Source: Eledone cirrhosa | Taxonomy: Eukaryota | DNA length: 64,000 nt | Reading direction: 5' to 3' | Assembly (NCBI GenBank): GCA_964016885.1 | Contig: OZ024744.1 | Span: 72,168,001 to 72,232,000 of the forward strand | Shown here: positions 1 through 12,872 of the stretch, in pieces | Layout: each line of letters begins with the position of its first letter | Position numbering within the stretch: the stretch's first letter is position 1 | Position numbers and translations under genes: made by a program | Notes under the pieces: model-generated | Told to the model about the DNA's origin: nothing | The model's database searches: none | The model's input: the letters and a program-made list of their open reading frames with translations, nothing else

Positions 1-3000
1 TTCTCAAGTGTCTCCCCACCCCAGACACCTCCATCCCACCAGACGCCAGCCCACCAAACATCTCCGTCCGCACCCCGCCGGAAACCACCACCAACCCAGA
101 CAACCCCTCCAACAAGGCCAATATAAGAGTTGGATGTGTGAAAGTACGCGTCCTGGGGATGACCTGGAAACGGCAAACTCTTAAACGACCTCAGGTCGCA
201 CAGTATGGATGTGGTAGCCATTTGCGAATCCAGGATCCATAGCGAGCGACAGCTGGCCCCCATCTTCGATGCCTTTGAGATCTACGCATCTCTCTGTCAA
301 CCGGGGGGTGGGGGCGGAGTTGCCGTTTTGCTGCGGAAACACCTGGGCCTCGTAACACAGACGGTACATCTGGACCCGGAGGGTCGACAGTTGGTCCTAG
401 ACGTTGACGGTAGTGAAGGTGGAGCCTTCAGGCTGGTGGCTGCATATGCCCCATCCGGCACACCACGGCCAGACTTCTTCAAACGTCTAGAGACTTTTCT
501 GGGAACGTCCCGCTCCTTGCTTTTAGTAGGGGACTGGAATGGAATCCTAGATGCACGTTGGGAATATGTGGGAGCATGTCCCGATAAAGGGGCGTGTAAC
601 AGCCTCAAACAGTTAATCGACCGATTCGACCTGGCCGATAGATATCGACTAGATTTTCCGACTGTGCCACTGTGGACCTGGAGTAATCGCAGCGGAACAT
701 CTAGATCGTACCTAGATAGGGCTCTAGTTAGAAATAAGGATAGGGACATGTTAAGCTGTCCACAAATGTTCATGGTTACCTATTCAGATCACAAACTAGT
801 GACCTGCATGGCCAACCTTGATAGAACCCATAGACGAGGACCCGGCTACTGGAAGCTGAACTTGTCGTTACCGACAAGCAAAGCCTACAGTAGACGGATT
901 AGCACTTTAGTTAGACAGCACTTGACAGAGGCCATTGTCAACAACAGATGGTGGTACTCTCTCAAGAGGGCAGTTAGATTAGACTCGTTAGTTTTTAGTA
1001 AAGAATTAGCGTTAGATAGAAATAGAACCGAGAAGGAACTTGTAGATAAAGTAGAAGAGGCAATTAGAAGTGGCAACGTAACCAGCGTGCTAGCAACGAG
1101 AACGGCCTTGGACCAGTTCTTCGACGCAAAGAACGAGGGCTGCGTTGTCAGAAGCAAAATACGTGCTCTGGGAAACGAGGGAGCCAAAGCTATTAGCTCG
1201 GCCCGAGTGACGGAGGAAAAAAGTGGCACAAGTCCACGATTCGGTCTTTGAAGGACCAAAACGGACGCGTGATACGTGAGCCGAAGCAGATGTGTGCGTC
1301 CTTTCAGCGGCACTTTGCTCAGCTGTTCGGACGGGGCTATGGATTTCGGTCTATACCTCGACGGCCTACCGCGACTCTCGGACAGCGAGGCAAATTTCTG
1401 CGAAAAGCTGATTTCAGCCGCTGAGATAGGGGACGCGCTGAGCCAATGCGGCAAACACAAATCTCCAAGTCTCGACGGTCTACCCTACGAATTTTACGTA
1501 GCAATGCCGGACTTATTCTCCGGTCTCCTGTAAGCGGTTTACTGCAACTGGCAACAGAACGGAAGAATTCCCAGTTCTGTAACCGGGGCGTAGTAACACT
1601 AGTCAGGAAGGACGAGAATAAGGGGGATGACATAGGCAACTTCCGGCCCATAACTGCTAAACACAGAGTTACAGATTTTGGCCAAGGTGTTGGCATATAG
1701 GCTGGCGTTTGTCGTCGGGAACCTGGTGGGAGAAGCGCAGACATGCGCAATCCCGACCAGGTCCATACACGACAACCTCCACTTCATGTGATACATCATA
1801 GAGAGGGTAGGCTTCGGTTGTGCCCTGATCAACTTGGATCAGTCTAAGGCTTTCGATAGGGTTGACCATCGTTACCTGGATGCGGTGCTCGAGGTGGCAG
1901 GCTTCGGACCCGTGTTCAGGGGCTGGATTGCTGCAATGCACAACAGCAACTTCTGCTCAAGGGTCAAGGTGAACGGCTACCTCTCGGAGCCGTTCCATAT
2001 TACGCGATCCATTCGACAGGAATGCCCTCTCTCCTCTCTTCTGTACGTACTGACTCTCGAGCCACTACAGCGGAAGTTGGAGCTATTGCAGGGCATCCCT
2101 CTGGAACCGGGACTGCGGAAAGCGGCATCGGCCTACGCCGACGACGTGCCAGTAATGGTGTCGAGCGCCTCGCAAATCGAGGAAGTCGGCACCTTACTAA
2201 AGGAATACGAAAGTTTCACAGGAGCAAAGCTGAACCGGGACAAGTCCGTCGGTTTGCAACTCGGATCGTGGAGAGGCAAACCGATGCCTTTCGAAGGCGT
2301 CGTCGGACGCTGGACGGAAGGACCGGTAAAGCTGCTCGGGGCTTGGTTTGGTCCGGACCTCCAGGTGGAGAAGAACTGGAACGAAGGGACGGCCAAGGTG
2401 TTTGCACTCACCCAGAAGTGGGCCGAGTGCAAACTATCCTTGAAAGGTCGAGCGGAGGTGGTGAACACTTTTATAGCGTCCGCCATCTACTACCGCTTGA
2501 CCGTCGTGCCTTGTCCAGCCAAAACGCTCGCCAAAATGGGGCGCGCACTCTTCCAATTCCTTGGAAGAGGCGGGCTCCTTTGGTGAGAAGATCCATCTGC
2601 TGCCAACACCCTTCTAACGGAGGGCTGTCGATGCCGTGGTTGACGATGCGCAAACTCGCGCTCAGGCTGCGGCATCTCTACGTATTCCTCACCGGACAAC
2701 CGGTGTGGGCCCCGTTCGTGAGGCGAGCCTACCCACGACTCGTCTCGCTGACTGAGCTGCAGTCCTGGGTCAAGCAAAGACCGAGGAAAATGGGCGACTG
2801 GCACATCGAATGTGCTCAGGCGCTCACAGCCCACTGGCAGGCGTACCTGGCGATCAGTGGAGACTCCACTTCGTCATTCTATAGAGGGTTGATCCGCAGC
2901 AAGTGCGACGACGCGCTCGGTGAAACTCTAGGCGTAGAGGAAGATGAACTGGCCAGTCTGTTCGGTAGGACCTTCCGCGCGGGACCGATGGACAACTTCC

Positions 3001-3751
3001 AAATGTCCCTGGCCTGGCAGTGCTACCGAGGAGCTCTACCAGTTCGAGACAAGCTCTACAGACATGGGCGCCCGGGCGGGTACCCTGCAAAAAAGATCTG
3101 TCCGAGGTGCGTGCGTAACGAAGAAACCGTCGCGCACGCATTCATACAGTGCCCGGGCGTCACTGACCTGTGGGGCTATGTAGAACGACTATTGTCGCGG
3201 GTGGGACCAATCCAGTTGACCACCGAGTCCATTGTCATGATCAAACCGCCACCCTCCTTCAAAAACGAAGGAGAGGCGGTTTTCCTTTGTGTGATAGCTA
3301 TGGCGAAAGAGGTTGTATGGTGGACAAGGTTGAAAGGGCTGAGGTCAGACACCTTTCTTTCCGGCCAACAACTGATTCTTTTTTTCAAATACCACTTTGG
3401 AAGAAGAATCAGGATTGAGAGAGAGGTACTGTACTCCAGCAAGTTTTATGAAAGGTGGGTGAAAGTGGCGAGAATGGCCCGAGTGAATGGCCCTTCTCTC
3501 TATATCAGCCTGTAGGTTGAGGAAAAGGAGGAGGAGAGAAAAGGAGTACAAACTCTTCGTACTCCTGGAGATGAGGGTTTCACATTTTTTCGGGGGTATG
3601 TGTTACCAATATAAACAGTCTTCCCCTATTGGGGAAAATTGACTAATTTTTAAATTGCATTTGTGATAACATTTTACACGTTTTTATTGTATGTAAACTT
3701 CCCCCTTTGTATTTGTACCCTTCTTTTGTGCCCCTGTGGCTAATGAAGAAA
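1..3751 (+). mobile_element. L1/Tx1-clade non-LTR retrotransposon, near-complete but disabled ORF2 (5' end outside window)
   Basis: APE endonuclease (DVVAICES, YAPSG, GDWN, SYLDR, SDH), RT motifs (KSPSLDGL, FRPIT, DQSKAFDRVDH, IRQECPLS, AYADD) and C-terminal CPRC...H...C finger. 3' UTR ends tgtggctaatgaagaaa followed by (ATCT)n/(CT)n/(TA)n. Confidence 0.95.
119..3515 (+). pseudogene. Tx1-like ORF2 (APE-RT-zinc finger) broken by frameshifts and stops
   Basis: Domain pieces lie in different frames (205-1251, 1276-1533, 1446-1700, 1834-2586, about 2570-3515). Confidence 0.9.
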
Positions 3752-3768
3752 CATATCTATCTATCTAG

Positions 3769-3843
<75 letters not shown>

Positions 3844-5599
3844 TCAAATGTATTTCTTCAACGATATCTCACGTTGGTGGTGTTTGCTAGGTTATGAGTA
3901 AACCACGTGAGACAAATTCCATTTATAACCAACACCGAAGACTGATTACATGCAATGGTTCTTGATTATGTATTTGGTATCGTTGACATAGTCTTATAAC
4001 TTTCATTCTCCGTGTTAATTCCTCTCGCGATTGTATTTCTTCTTTTAGCAGTTTAGCATAGCATAGCGGTTTTTGTTTTATTTTTGTTTTCCTTTTTGTT
4101 TTCTTTTGTATTATTTATTTGCTTTATTTTTATTGGATATTGAAGTGTGAAATTCTTCTCATCATTTACTATTTATTTATTTGTTGTTATGTATTCTTTT
4201 TGTGCAACACAAATCAACTCTTTTTGGGTGTTTTTTCTTCTTAAATTAGTCAATTTTGTGCGGATGCAGAGCATTCGATTTAATCTTTTTATGTACTTGC
4301 ACTAAGTATTATGTCATTATATCACTATTGTTTGTAAACCAACAATTGTATCAATTCGAGATTATAGACACTGCTCTTTCTCTTCTGATTTTCTGATTAA
4401 ACTACAAAAATAACAAGTGCTAATACGATAAAGATGAACATTTAGATATACTAATACGTGTGTTGAAACGAAAATAAAGTAAGTAACTTTTCAGACATAT
4501 TTTTCACCTGTTACTTCCTAGCGATGCTAACCAAGAATGCCTTGCAGGAGTATGTTTTACAATATTAAAAACTGTAGCCAATATTTCTAAGATTGTACAA
4601 AATTAATTGCTGTGGAATTGGTTGATACACTGTTTAACTGATTAGCTAGAAAGATCTTCTGTTGGTTGGTCTAAATAAAACGGATAGTTGCCGTTGCTGG
4701 AATGCCTGTGATCATACGTTTGCTGAGTCGGAACTAGCCTGAGAATACACAGCAACATACACATCGACTCAGAAGTGCGTTTCATCACTACTACAAAAGA
4801 AAATCAACTGAATTTCCGCTATGGAAATATTTACTTTAGAAAATCCAATCACAATAAGATGGAATCTAGGATAATGACTACTTTAGATTTCTCAGTCACA
4901 TAATGCAGGGAAGTAATCCGAGGCTTAAGTCTATTCTGCAGTGATAAAGGCTATTAAAAATAATTGAATTGTAGAAGTGAACGAAAGCACTTTTTCAACA
5001 TCTGACTGCACAGACAGAAGCAGCAGTCGATATATCAGAAGTTGTGAATTAGATTAAATTAGAAATATACATGTAGATTTAATATTTCTTCCACTGTAAA
5101 TCCTCCACATGGATATTCGATGTTTTTAGAGGAGTTCTGATGGGAATATGTCTCAGACCACTCACCAGTGCGGTAGTACTAACATTTTATAGACAAACCC
5201 CTTTTGATTAAACTATTACAAATTAAAAGAAAAACATTTGTGTTGTTATGAACGTCGTTATACCATTAATTTATTTGTCAACAAACACTTTGTCTTTAAT
5301 TAGAGACAAACCCAAGTAGGATACTTTGTAACAGTGTCCTGTTATATTCATGAGATCCAGAAACATTTGAATTCCACATTACTAGCAAAAACCACTGGCG
5401 TTAATTAAATAAATACTTTCGTTACTTGTGACAAAGGGTTAAGCTGTTCGTAGCTATCATGGATATTTATAAAAGTGTCTATTCTACCAACGAGAATCAA
5501 GTATTTTGCCCATAGACAATTACAGCTCAGCTTCCAATTAAATACATCAGCTGCAACTAATATAGATATCAATTTAAAAAAAAATACAATTGTACTTAC

Positions 5600-5703
5600 A
5601 CTTGAATATAACTGAGAAAGATAATTCATGCACAAAAAATAACCAGTCATTCTGGCTTGAATAGCCACAACGGATGCTGCTACTGTGTATAACTGTAGAA
5701 CGG
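5600..5703 (-). CDS. FGF: Internal coding exon of a fibroblast growth factor family gene (middle exon of the FGF core)
   Basis: Minus strand reads ttctattttacAG|CC GTT CTA CAG...TAT TCA AGT|GTAAGT. The exon is exactly 104 bp, phase 1 in and phase 0 out, matching the canonical FGF middle exon. Peptide (x)VLQLYTVAASVVAIQARMTGYFLCMNYLSQLYSS fits the FGF pattern L.I..V..GVVAI.G.....YL.MN..G.LY.S. Subfamily cannot be assigned. Confidence 0.88.
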
Positions 5704-5986
5704 CTGTAAAATAGAAAACAGAATGGGAATGAAAGATAAAGTGAATATTTATACATATCTTTACATAAATACATGCGTAATTATATTTCAATATATATAT
5801 ATATATATAAGTTTGATTAAAACAATAGCAGTGGTCTGGATACGTAAGATCCTGAAAACATCATCAGGTTTGGGATTGCATAATTAGTTAATCAAAAAAG
5901 TAATTACGGCATACACAAACAAAAAAATATAATCAGAAAACATATTTGATTCGAGGACGGCTTGCGATCTAGGTGTCATCATTATC

Positions 5987-6072
<86 letters not shown>

Positions 6073-6227
6073 TGTATACAGCGCACAAGATGCTGCCTGG
6101 GAATCAAGATACCAGATAGAGAGGGAGCTTTAAAGGAACCAAATTATTTACGGTTGACTATTTTCCATTCAGCCAGAGTTGAGTAATTTTTCTTTCGATT
6201 ATCGAATCAATTTCTTTGTCATTATAG

Positions 6228-6389
6228 GGTCGGACGCCATGCTTTCCAGCATAGTTACGTCCCTTTGCGGTCTTAGTTCAAATCCCTCCGAGGTCAACTT
6301 TGCCTTTCATCCTTACGGGGTCGATAAAATAAAGTACCAGTAATGTACTGGGTAATTGATGGCCTTGTGCCAAAAGTAGAAACAATTAT
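6228..6389 (+). mobile_element. tRNA-derived SINE with a Meta-like central domain; representative of about 29 copies
   Basis: B box gagttcaaatccc, core ctttgcctttcatccttacggggtcgataaaataaagtacc, tail gtagaaacaattat. Other copies near 6983-, 8847+, 10380-, 15185-, 15378-, 15488+, 18725-, 19395-, 20605-, 21915-, 22113-, 22315+, 22550+, 24346+, 26748+, 37600-, 37808-, 41368-, 44372+, 44515-, 45058+, 54538+, 59575-, 59748-, 59870+, 60555-, 60940+, 61170+, 62525+. Confidence 0.9.
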
Positions 6390-6956
6390 TAAAACAAGCC
6401 GATTGCTGTACGCCAGGTATTTGAACAGTGGAAACTGGTATGACTTTGTTTGCAAAATCGACATTTGTTTGAACTGGAGAAAGAGTTGTGAACTGGAGCA
6501 AATTGTACTTATATTTTTCTGGTATGTTAGAAGCCAGTCTTATTCTGGTAGCATATCCAGATGATCCCCAAATTGTTAAGCCGAAGCAAATTTACAATAA
6601 GTGTTTTGGTTAAGAATAAATATCGAAGTCATAGCTTAAACCAATTCGCAGATTGTGAAATATTAGAATGTATGTTAGAAATATTTTGTAATTCAAGATG
6701 TATGCAAACGATAAATGTTTTTCAGGGGTAGAAAACTTGCTGCTTTTAGTCCTTTAAACGTAGTCTTGAAGAAGTTTAGATTTTGTATTAAAACTATATC
6801 TTTGTTGTTGGTATATCATTATATTTTTTCAAAGATAGTTATATGTTTACAAAATATCAGTTGATATTTTTATACCTTACTTTAATATTCACAATTACAA
6901 TTTTATTACGAATAATTTTAAAAAAATGATCGCTCTACATGGCTGAATACAATAAA

Positions 6957-7372
6957 TGTAATCTGAGTTTTTCGAATATTAATAATTGTTTCTACTTTAG
7001 GCACAAGGCCAGCAATTACGCAGTGCATTACTGGTACTTTATTTTATCGACCCCGTAAGGATGAAAGGCAAAGTCAACCTCGGCGGGATTTGAACTCAGA
7101 TCGTAAAGGGACGTAACTATGCTGGAAAGCATATTAATAATAATATTCAATTCATTTGCAATTATGCAAACAGCCGCATTTTTAAAGCCATGTCAGTAGA
7201 ATGAGCCCCTCATTCTTGCTCTTGTGTTAGCATGTAAACAGTTCTGTTTATATGCCAACACAAGAGCAAGAATGAGGGGCTAATTCTACTGACATGGCTT
7301 TAAAAAGGAGGCTGTTTGCATAATTGCAAACGAATTGAATATTATCATTAATATTCGAAAAACTCAGATTAC
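6957..7372. mobile_element. Fully palindromic fold-back/MITE-like element with a SINE inserted in its left arm
   Basis: Arms 6957-6986 plus 7142-7240 versus 7245-7372. Apex aaacag-tt-ctgttt. The SINE is flanked by an ATATTAATAAT duplication. Confidence 0.85.
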
Positions 7373-8059
7373 AATTTTATTACATTTTTATTATCAATAT
7401 AATTACATTTTGCCATATAGTATATTTAATATAATACTCATTAATGCGTTCTTATTAAATTATATTTAATTCAGTTAGACCTTCAAATGTAAAAGATATC
7501 CCGCCTTTGTTCTAATCACTAGGAGTAGTTTCATGGTGTTAAACTGTGACATATAGATTCTGTACACTGCACGTGCACTACTCTAGACAAAACGTGCGTC
7601 TATTTTATGCCTCACAAACGTATTCAACATGATCTCTAATCTAGCAGTTTAGTGAAAAATAAATTAAACTAACTAGAGGTATTTACTCTGAATAGCTCTG
7701 AGGAACCATTTGAGCGTTTTCTTTTCCAACCTACAAAAAAAAATGTAGTTAAAACTTCCTCTAATAATAATATACTGGTTAATCTCTAATTGTGAATTTA
7801 ATATTCCAGAAAAGAAGACTTTTCCTGCATTTATAAAGATATGTGTGTTGCAAAGCCTGCAAAAAAAAAAGGAAAAATAAAAATACTCACACACACAGAC
7901 AAGAACACCAACAACAAAATTCTAAAATAATCCGGTAAATGCACGTCTTTACAGCGAAAATATTAACACTGAGAGCAACACAATTATTAAAGAACTACTG
8001 CCGCTATTATCTCCACATATACATCATTTAAAAGTAAACGATTTATATACAAACAATTA

Positions 8060-8260
8060 TAAAGTTTGTAAACATGATACAAAAGATCTAAAATTTGGGC
8101 ACTAACCTCATTTAAACAACTTTCATGAAAATAATAGATTTTATAATCAGTCACGATATTCATGTAGCAATAATTCAGGAAACATTGTTACTACCAGAAA
8201 TAGAACATCTACCAAAATATTTTCCAAAATATTTTCAAATCAGTCTAGATAAACACTTCT
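8060..8260 (+). mobile_element. Degraded LINE APE endonuclease N-terminus
   Basis: IIDFIISHDIHVAIIQETLL resembles APE motif II. Confidence 0.5.
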
Positions 8261-8384
8261 ATAACGGGGTTAGTTTTGTAAGTAAAATGTATGAAAAAAT
8301 GCATTTTGAATATAGATATTAAAAAAATGACATTCATAAACTAATATGAATCAATATTATTCAAGAACTGCGCAATTTCACTTT

Positions 8385-8765
8385 AAAAGGTAACCCACAT
8401 TGCTGCACATGGACTGAGGAGGGTAAACTTTCCAAGTATCAGTCGCTACCCTCTCCGACAGGTTTGCAGTCGAGCCCCTAGCAGTGGAGACTTCTGGTGC
8501 CCTTGGCCCTAGGGATACCTCCCTACTCACCACCGTAGGTGCTGAGCTGGATAGCGGCAGGTGTGAGCCATGCGAGATGGAATGGCTCTTCCAGTGCGTC
8601 TTCCTTACCATCCTCCGAGAAACGCCTTCTGTCCGCCGGGGCCGTGGAGCGGCCAGCACGTGGGACCCCATTTACTCATAATAGATGGGGACGGTGAGAG
8701 AGATGGAGGCAATGACAGTGGGAGTTCGGCTCCTCTGTGTTCGGACCTGGTAAAAAGCTTTACAA
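8385..8765 (+). mobile_element. CRE-like retrotransposon 3' fragment (restriction-like endonuclease C-terminus)
   Basis: EEGKLSKY...FAVEPLAVETSGALGP...EMEWLFQCVFLTILRE; homologous to 61600-62045. Confidence 0.75.
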
Positions 8766-9083
8766 CATGAGTAGCCCTAAATATTTATTCGGATTGTCTC
8801 TCTTTATGACTATACCTCTTATTATTATTTAAACATTGGTGGCAAGGATCGGACGCCATGCTTTCTAGCATAGTTACGTATCTTTACGTTCTGAGTTCAA
8901 ATCCCGCCGAGATTAAACTTTGCCTTTCATCCTTACGGGGTCGATAAAATAAAGTACCAGTAATGTACTGGATAATTGCTGGCCTTGTGCCAAATGTAGA
9001 AACAATTATTTAAACATTGTTCAAAACTATACATTATTTTGTTTCTTTTGTCGATAAAAACTAACTACACGAATAACATTGAT

Positions 9084-9120
<37 letters not shown>

Positions 9121-9178
9121 CCGAAAAAACTATATATTTTTTGCCTGTTTCAAAGTTCAACAGTAGGAAGAGAAAACC

Positions 9179-9222
9179 ATTGTCCTGATGGGTATCATTG
9201 AAGTTCGAAATGCATAGACAAT
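9179..9222 (+). ncRNA. Degenerate minimal hammerhead
   Basis: ATTGTC-CTGATGg-...-c-GAAA-TGCA-TA-GACAAT. Stem I is 6 bp and stem III is palindromic, but A9 and stem II are eroded. Confidence 0.55.
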
Positions 9223-9555
9223 TATCCCCCTTGCTTCTGCTGGACTCCGATAGATGAGGCTTTCAAAATGTTTATTTATTAAACATACCCTATATATTTA
9301 AATATACGAGACTCACGTGAATATATATATATATATATTTCTTTATATCACGTTCTGTGATTTGCAAATTTGTTGTATCATGCTGGAGTTTTTGTGACGA
9401 AACAAATACACTACGTGTTGAATTAATTATGTAATCTATCATAACTTTAAGACTGGCTGCAAAGCGCGGAAGAACACGTGATTATTACATTATTTCGATT
9501 TGATGGTGTGTGTGACGAAGAAGGCATTGAAACTTTAATAGTCTAATACATTTAA

Positions 9556-9776
9556 CCCTTTAGTATTTACATTACTCCTTATTTGCTATTGTATTTTCGC
9601 TGTAAACGCTTTATCTCACATAGTTATTTCACATAATATCACATATATGAGATTTTGATATTATTTATTTTGAGAACAATACCTTAACGTCAGTTTGAGG
9701 AGCCTGTTACTGCCAATGTGAACAGAAAGTGGTGAGAGAATGTTGGCTGGATATGGCTGGTTTAAATGCTAACGGG
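9556..9776. mobile_element. piggyBac-like MITE
   Basis: TTAA|CCCTTTAGTATTTA ... TAAATGCTAACGGG|TTGA. Confidence 0.7.
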
Positions 9777-10027
9777 TTGAGTGAATTATTTCAAACTGAA
9801 TATTGAAGTCTAACAAGGAAATATGATAAGTCCTTAATAAACAGATTAAACTGGAACACTTTATTTCACGTTGCTCCAGTTCACTCAGATCTAGAAATAA
9901 GTTACGACGTTACGATTAGCTTTTCACAAAATCATCTTGCCTGAGCTTCTGCCTCAGAGAGGAACCTTTTAGGTGCAAATACCATGGTCATACATGACCG
10001 AAGGGGGTCCTTCTCTCTCTCTTTCTC

Positions 10028-10112
<85 letters not shown>

Positions 10113-10744
10113 TAGTGAGAGAGCGAGAGAGAGATGTTACATTTTTTCGTATGTATTCCCATCTATTCTTTGTTTAGTCATCGTCTCGCATACATCATAC
10201 CAACAAAGTGGGTTCCGATCTGCTGCACATACTACCATTACAAGTGCAGTACTACCTTAATGAGTGAAACTGCATTTTCAGTAAGGTGGCTGACGAAGTA
10301 TCGAAGCATTTGTTTATTCATGTTATGTAATCGTAATATAATATAATATAATATAATATATATATATATATATATTATATAACTGTTTCTACTTTAGGCA
10401 CAAGGCCAGCAATTATCCAGTGCATTACTGGTACTTTATTTTATCGACCACCGTAAGGAGGAAAGGCAAAGTCAACCTCGGCGGGATTTGAACTCAGATC
10501 GTAAAGGGACGTAACTATGCTGGAAAGCATGGCGTCCGACCCTCTACCGATACTGCCAATCCACCGCCAATCCATCGCCCTTATATATATTATATAACGG
10601 CGATGAATTAGTTTTGCGAGGTTTTTGATATGAAATCGTGTGTCGAAACAAATATTGTTAAACAAGCCAATTATAAACGTAAACATGTAAGTATGTTTTT
10701 GAAACGGTGCGCGAGGTTGAAATTAGAAATTAGAAATTATAAGC

Positions 10745-10960
10745 TTTCACCGTATTTTAGACTAAAGAAATTTCTAGCCTGATAGCCTTTTTCCATTTCT
10801 CCGAGGGTTATAAACCCCACTATCAGGCTAGAAATTTCTTTAGTCTAAAATACGGTGAAAAATATTGTTATACTTGGGGAGGGTCATATTTGTATAATAT
10901 TGAGTATGTTCTGTTATTAATTCTGGCAATATTACACAAATATGACCCTCCCCAAGTATA
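10745..10960. repeat. Two adjacent hairpins, the second resembling the PLE terminus
   Basis: Perfect arms of about 40 bp at 10745-10785 and 10820-10860. Then tatacttgggagggtcatatttg versus caaatatgaccctccccaagtata. Confidence 0.8.
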
Positions 10961-10971
10961 TATATATATAT

Positions 10972-11158
10972 AGGAGCGAAGTGATCAGACAGAAGTCCGG
11001 CGTGAGGGACGTCATTACGGAATATTAGCGCAGCAAGTTCAGATGGGCTGGACACGTCGCCCGGTTCACCGATAATCGGTGGACCCGCGCAGTTGCCGAG
11101 TGGTACCCGCGCGAGCGGAAAGGACCACTCGGAAGGCCTCCACAAGGGTGGAGTTACG
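10972..11158 (+). mobile_element. RTE-1-like LINE C-terminal fragment
   Basis: [10 protein letters not shown]...[36 protein letters not shown]. Confidence 0.85.
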
Positions 11159-11161
11159 ATA

Positions 11162-11319
<158 letters not shown>

Positions 11320-11514
11320 TAAATTAAATTAAATTTGTCGATCGACTTTCGTCAAATCAGACCGAGGAAACAATGCTTCCGTTGGTCTTTCCAATTGCTA
11401 TTACTATCTCTCGGTCGCAACTACAGGTAGAAGGAGCAACGTGAAATAAAGTGTCTTGCTCAAGGACATAGCGCATCACCCGGTCCAAGAATCGAACTGA
11501 CAACCTCACGATTG

Positions 11515-11580
<66 letters not shown>

Positions 11581-11636
11581 CATGCATCCATGCAACCATA
11601 CATACACACGTACATACATACACACATACACATACA

Positions 11637-11694
<58 letters not shown>

Positions 11695-11923
11695 GTGACC
11701 AAGTGGATATAAGTTGCACACGTACAGGGACAAATTATTTCAAGATCATTAAATGGCACACACAAATGCAGACACATATACCAACATGGACACACGTACA
11801 CACATACATTCGCATACTTATTTTACTTTATTTCTATTTATTTTTCTTAAGATAATTTCGGGAACTTCGATCTCAGGTTTAAAACACAGCCTTCGATAAA
11901 AGATTATCATATTATCATCAACG

Positions 11924-11959
<36 letters not shown>

Positions 11960-12108
11960 CCACTACCGCCACCATCATCATTACCACCACTATCAACATC
12001 ATTATCAACATCATCATCATCATCATCATCATCATCACCACTACTATCATCGCCACCACCACTATCATCACCGTCATCATAATCATCATCACCACCACCA
12101 CCACCACC

Positions 12109-12163
<55 letters not shown>

Positions 12164-12827
12164 CTACCATCCCCATTATGATCATCATTTAACTACAACA
12201 ACTGCAATAACAATAACAATAATTAGTACAATCACCTTTACCGCAAGTGAATATCAATGAGGCCTATGTAGGGCGCTTGACTTGCTAGAAATAGCAGTCT
12301 GGTTTGAGGCGTCGCTGCATATGTAGACTTTATTCTTGAGATAGCACTATAAGAGGATTTCAGGAGCGGGCAAACACCAAACATACGAGAAGCCGTTCAC
12401 AATTGTTCCTCTACGTCCTACACAGCTGTCAGAAGAACACTTATTTCACCGTGCTCTTGTGATGTTAAGACAACGAGGCAAGGCCCCATTCGTTAAAAAA
12501 TGTGTCACTATCAGTAAATGTAAAGATTAATAGGTCAACTGTTAACATTTGGAGATATCGATCATCATTTAAGGTTTAATTACAAAAGAAATCAGATTTA
12601 TAACTAACTCAAACTTTTTGTTACAGTTTCATGAGGGTTATTCATGAGGGTTATAACTCTTGTGGGTTTGGATTTGAATGTAATCGATTATTGTAACAAC
12701 AATACATTACTGGTAATTATCAGAGGGAGCTGGCGGGGTGAGTTGAAATGGAAATGTCACAATATTTGGTATATTGAAGAAGAAGAAGAAGAAGAAGAAG
12801 AAGAAGAAGAAGAAGAAGAAGAAGAAG

Positions 12828-12859
<32 letters not shown>

Positions 12860-12872
12860 GATAGATAGATAG

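Noticed and set aside
297-3551. Minus-strand ORFs overlapping the Tx1 element
   Set aside because: Antisense frames of a GC-rich retroelement.
5405-5791. 128-aa ORF as a whole gene
   Set aside because: Only the spliced 104-bp part is FGF-like; the rest is intronic read-through.
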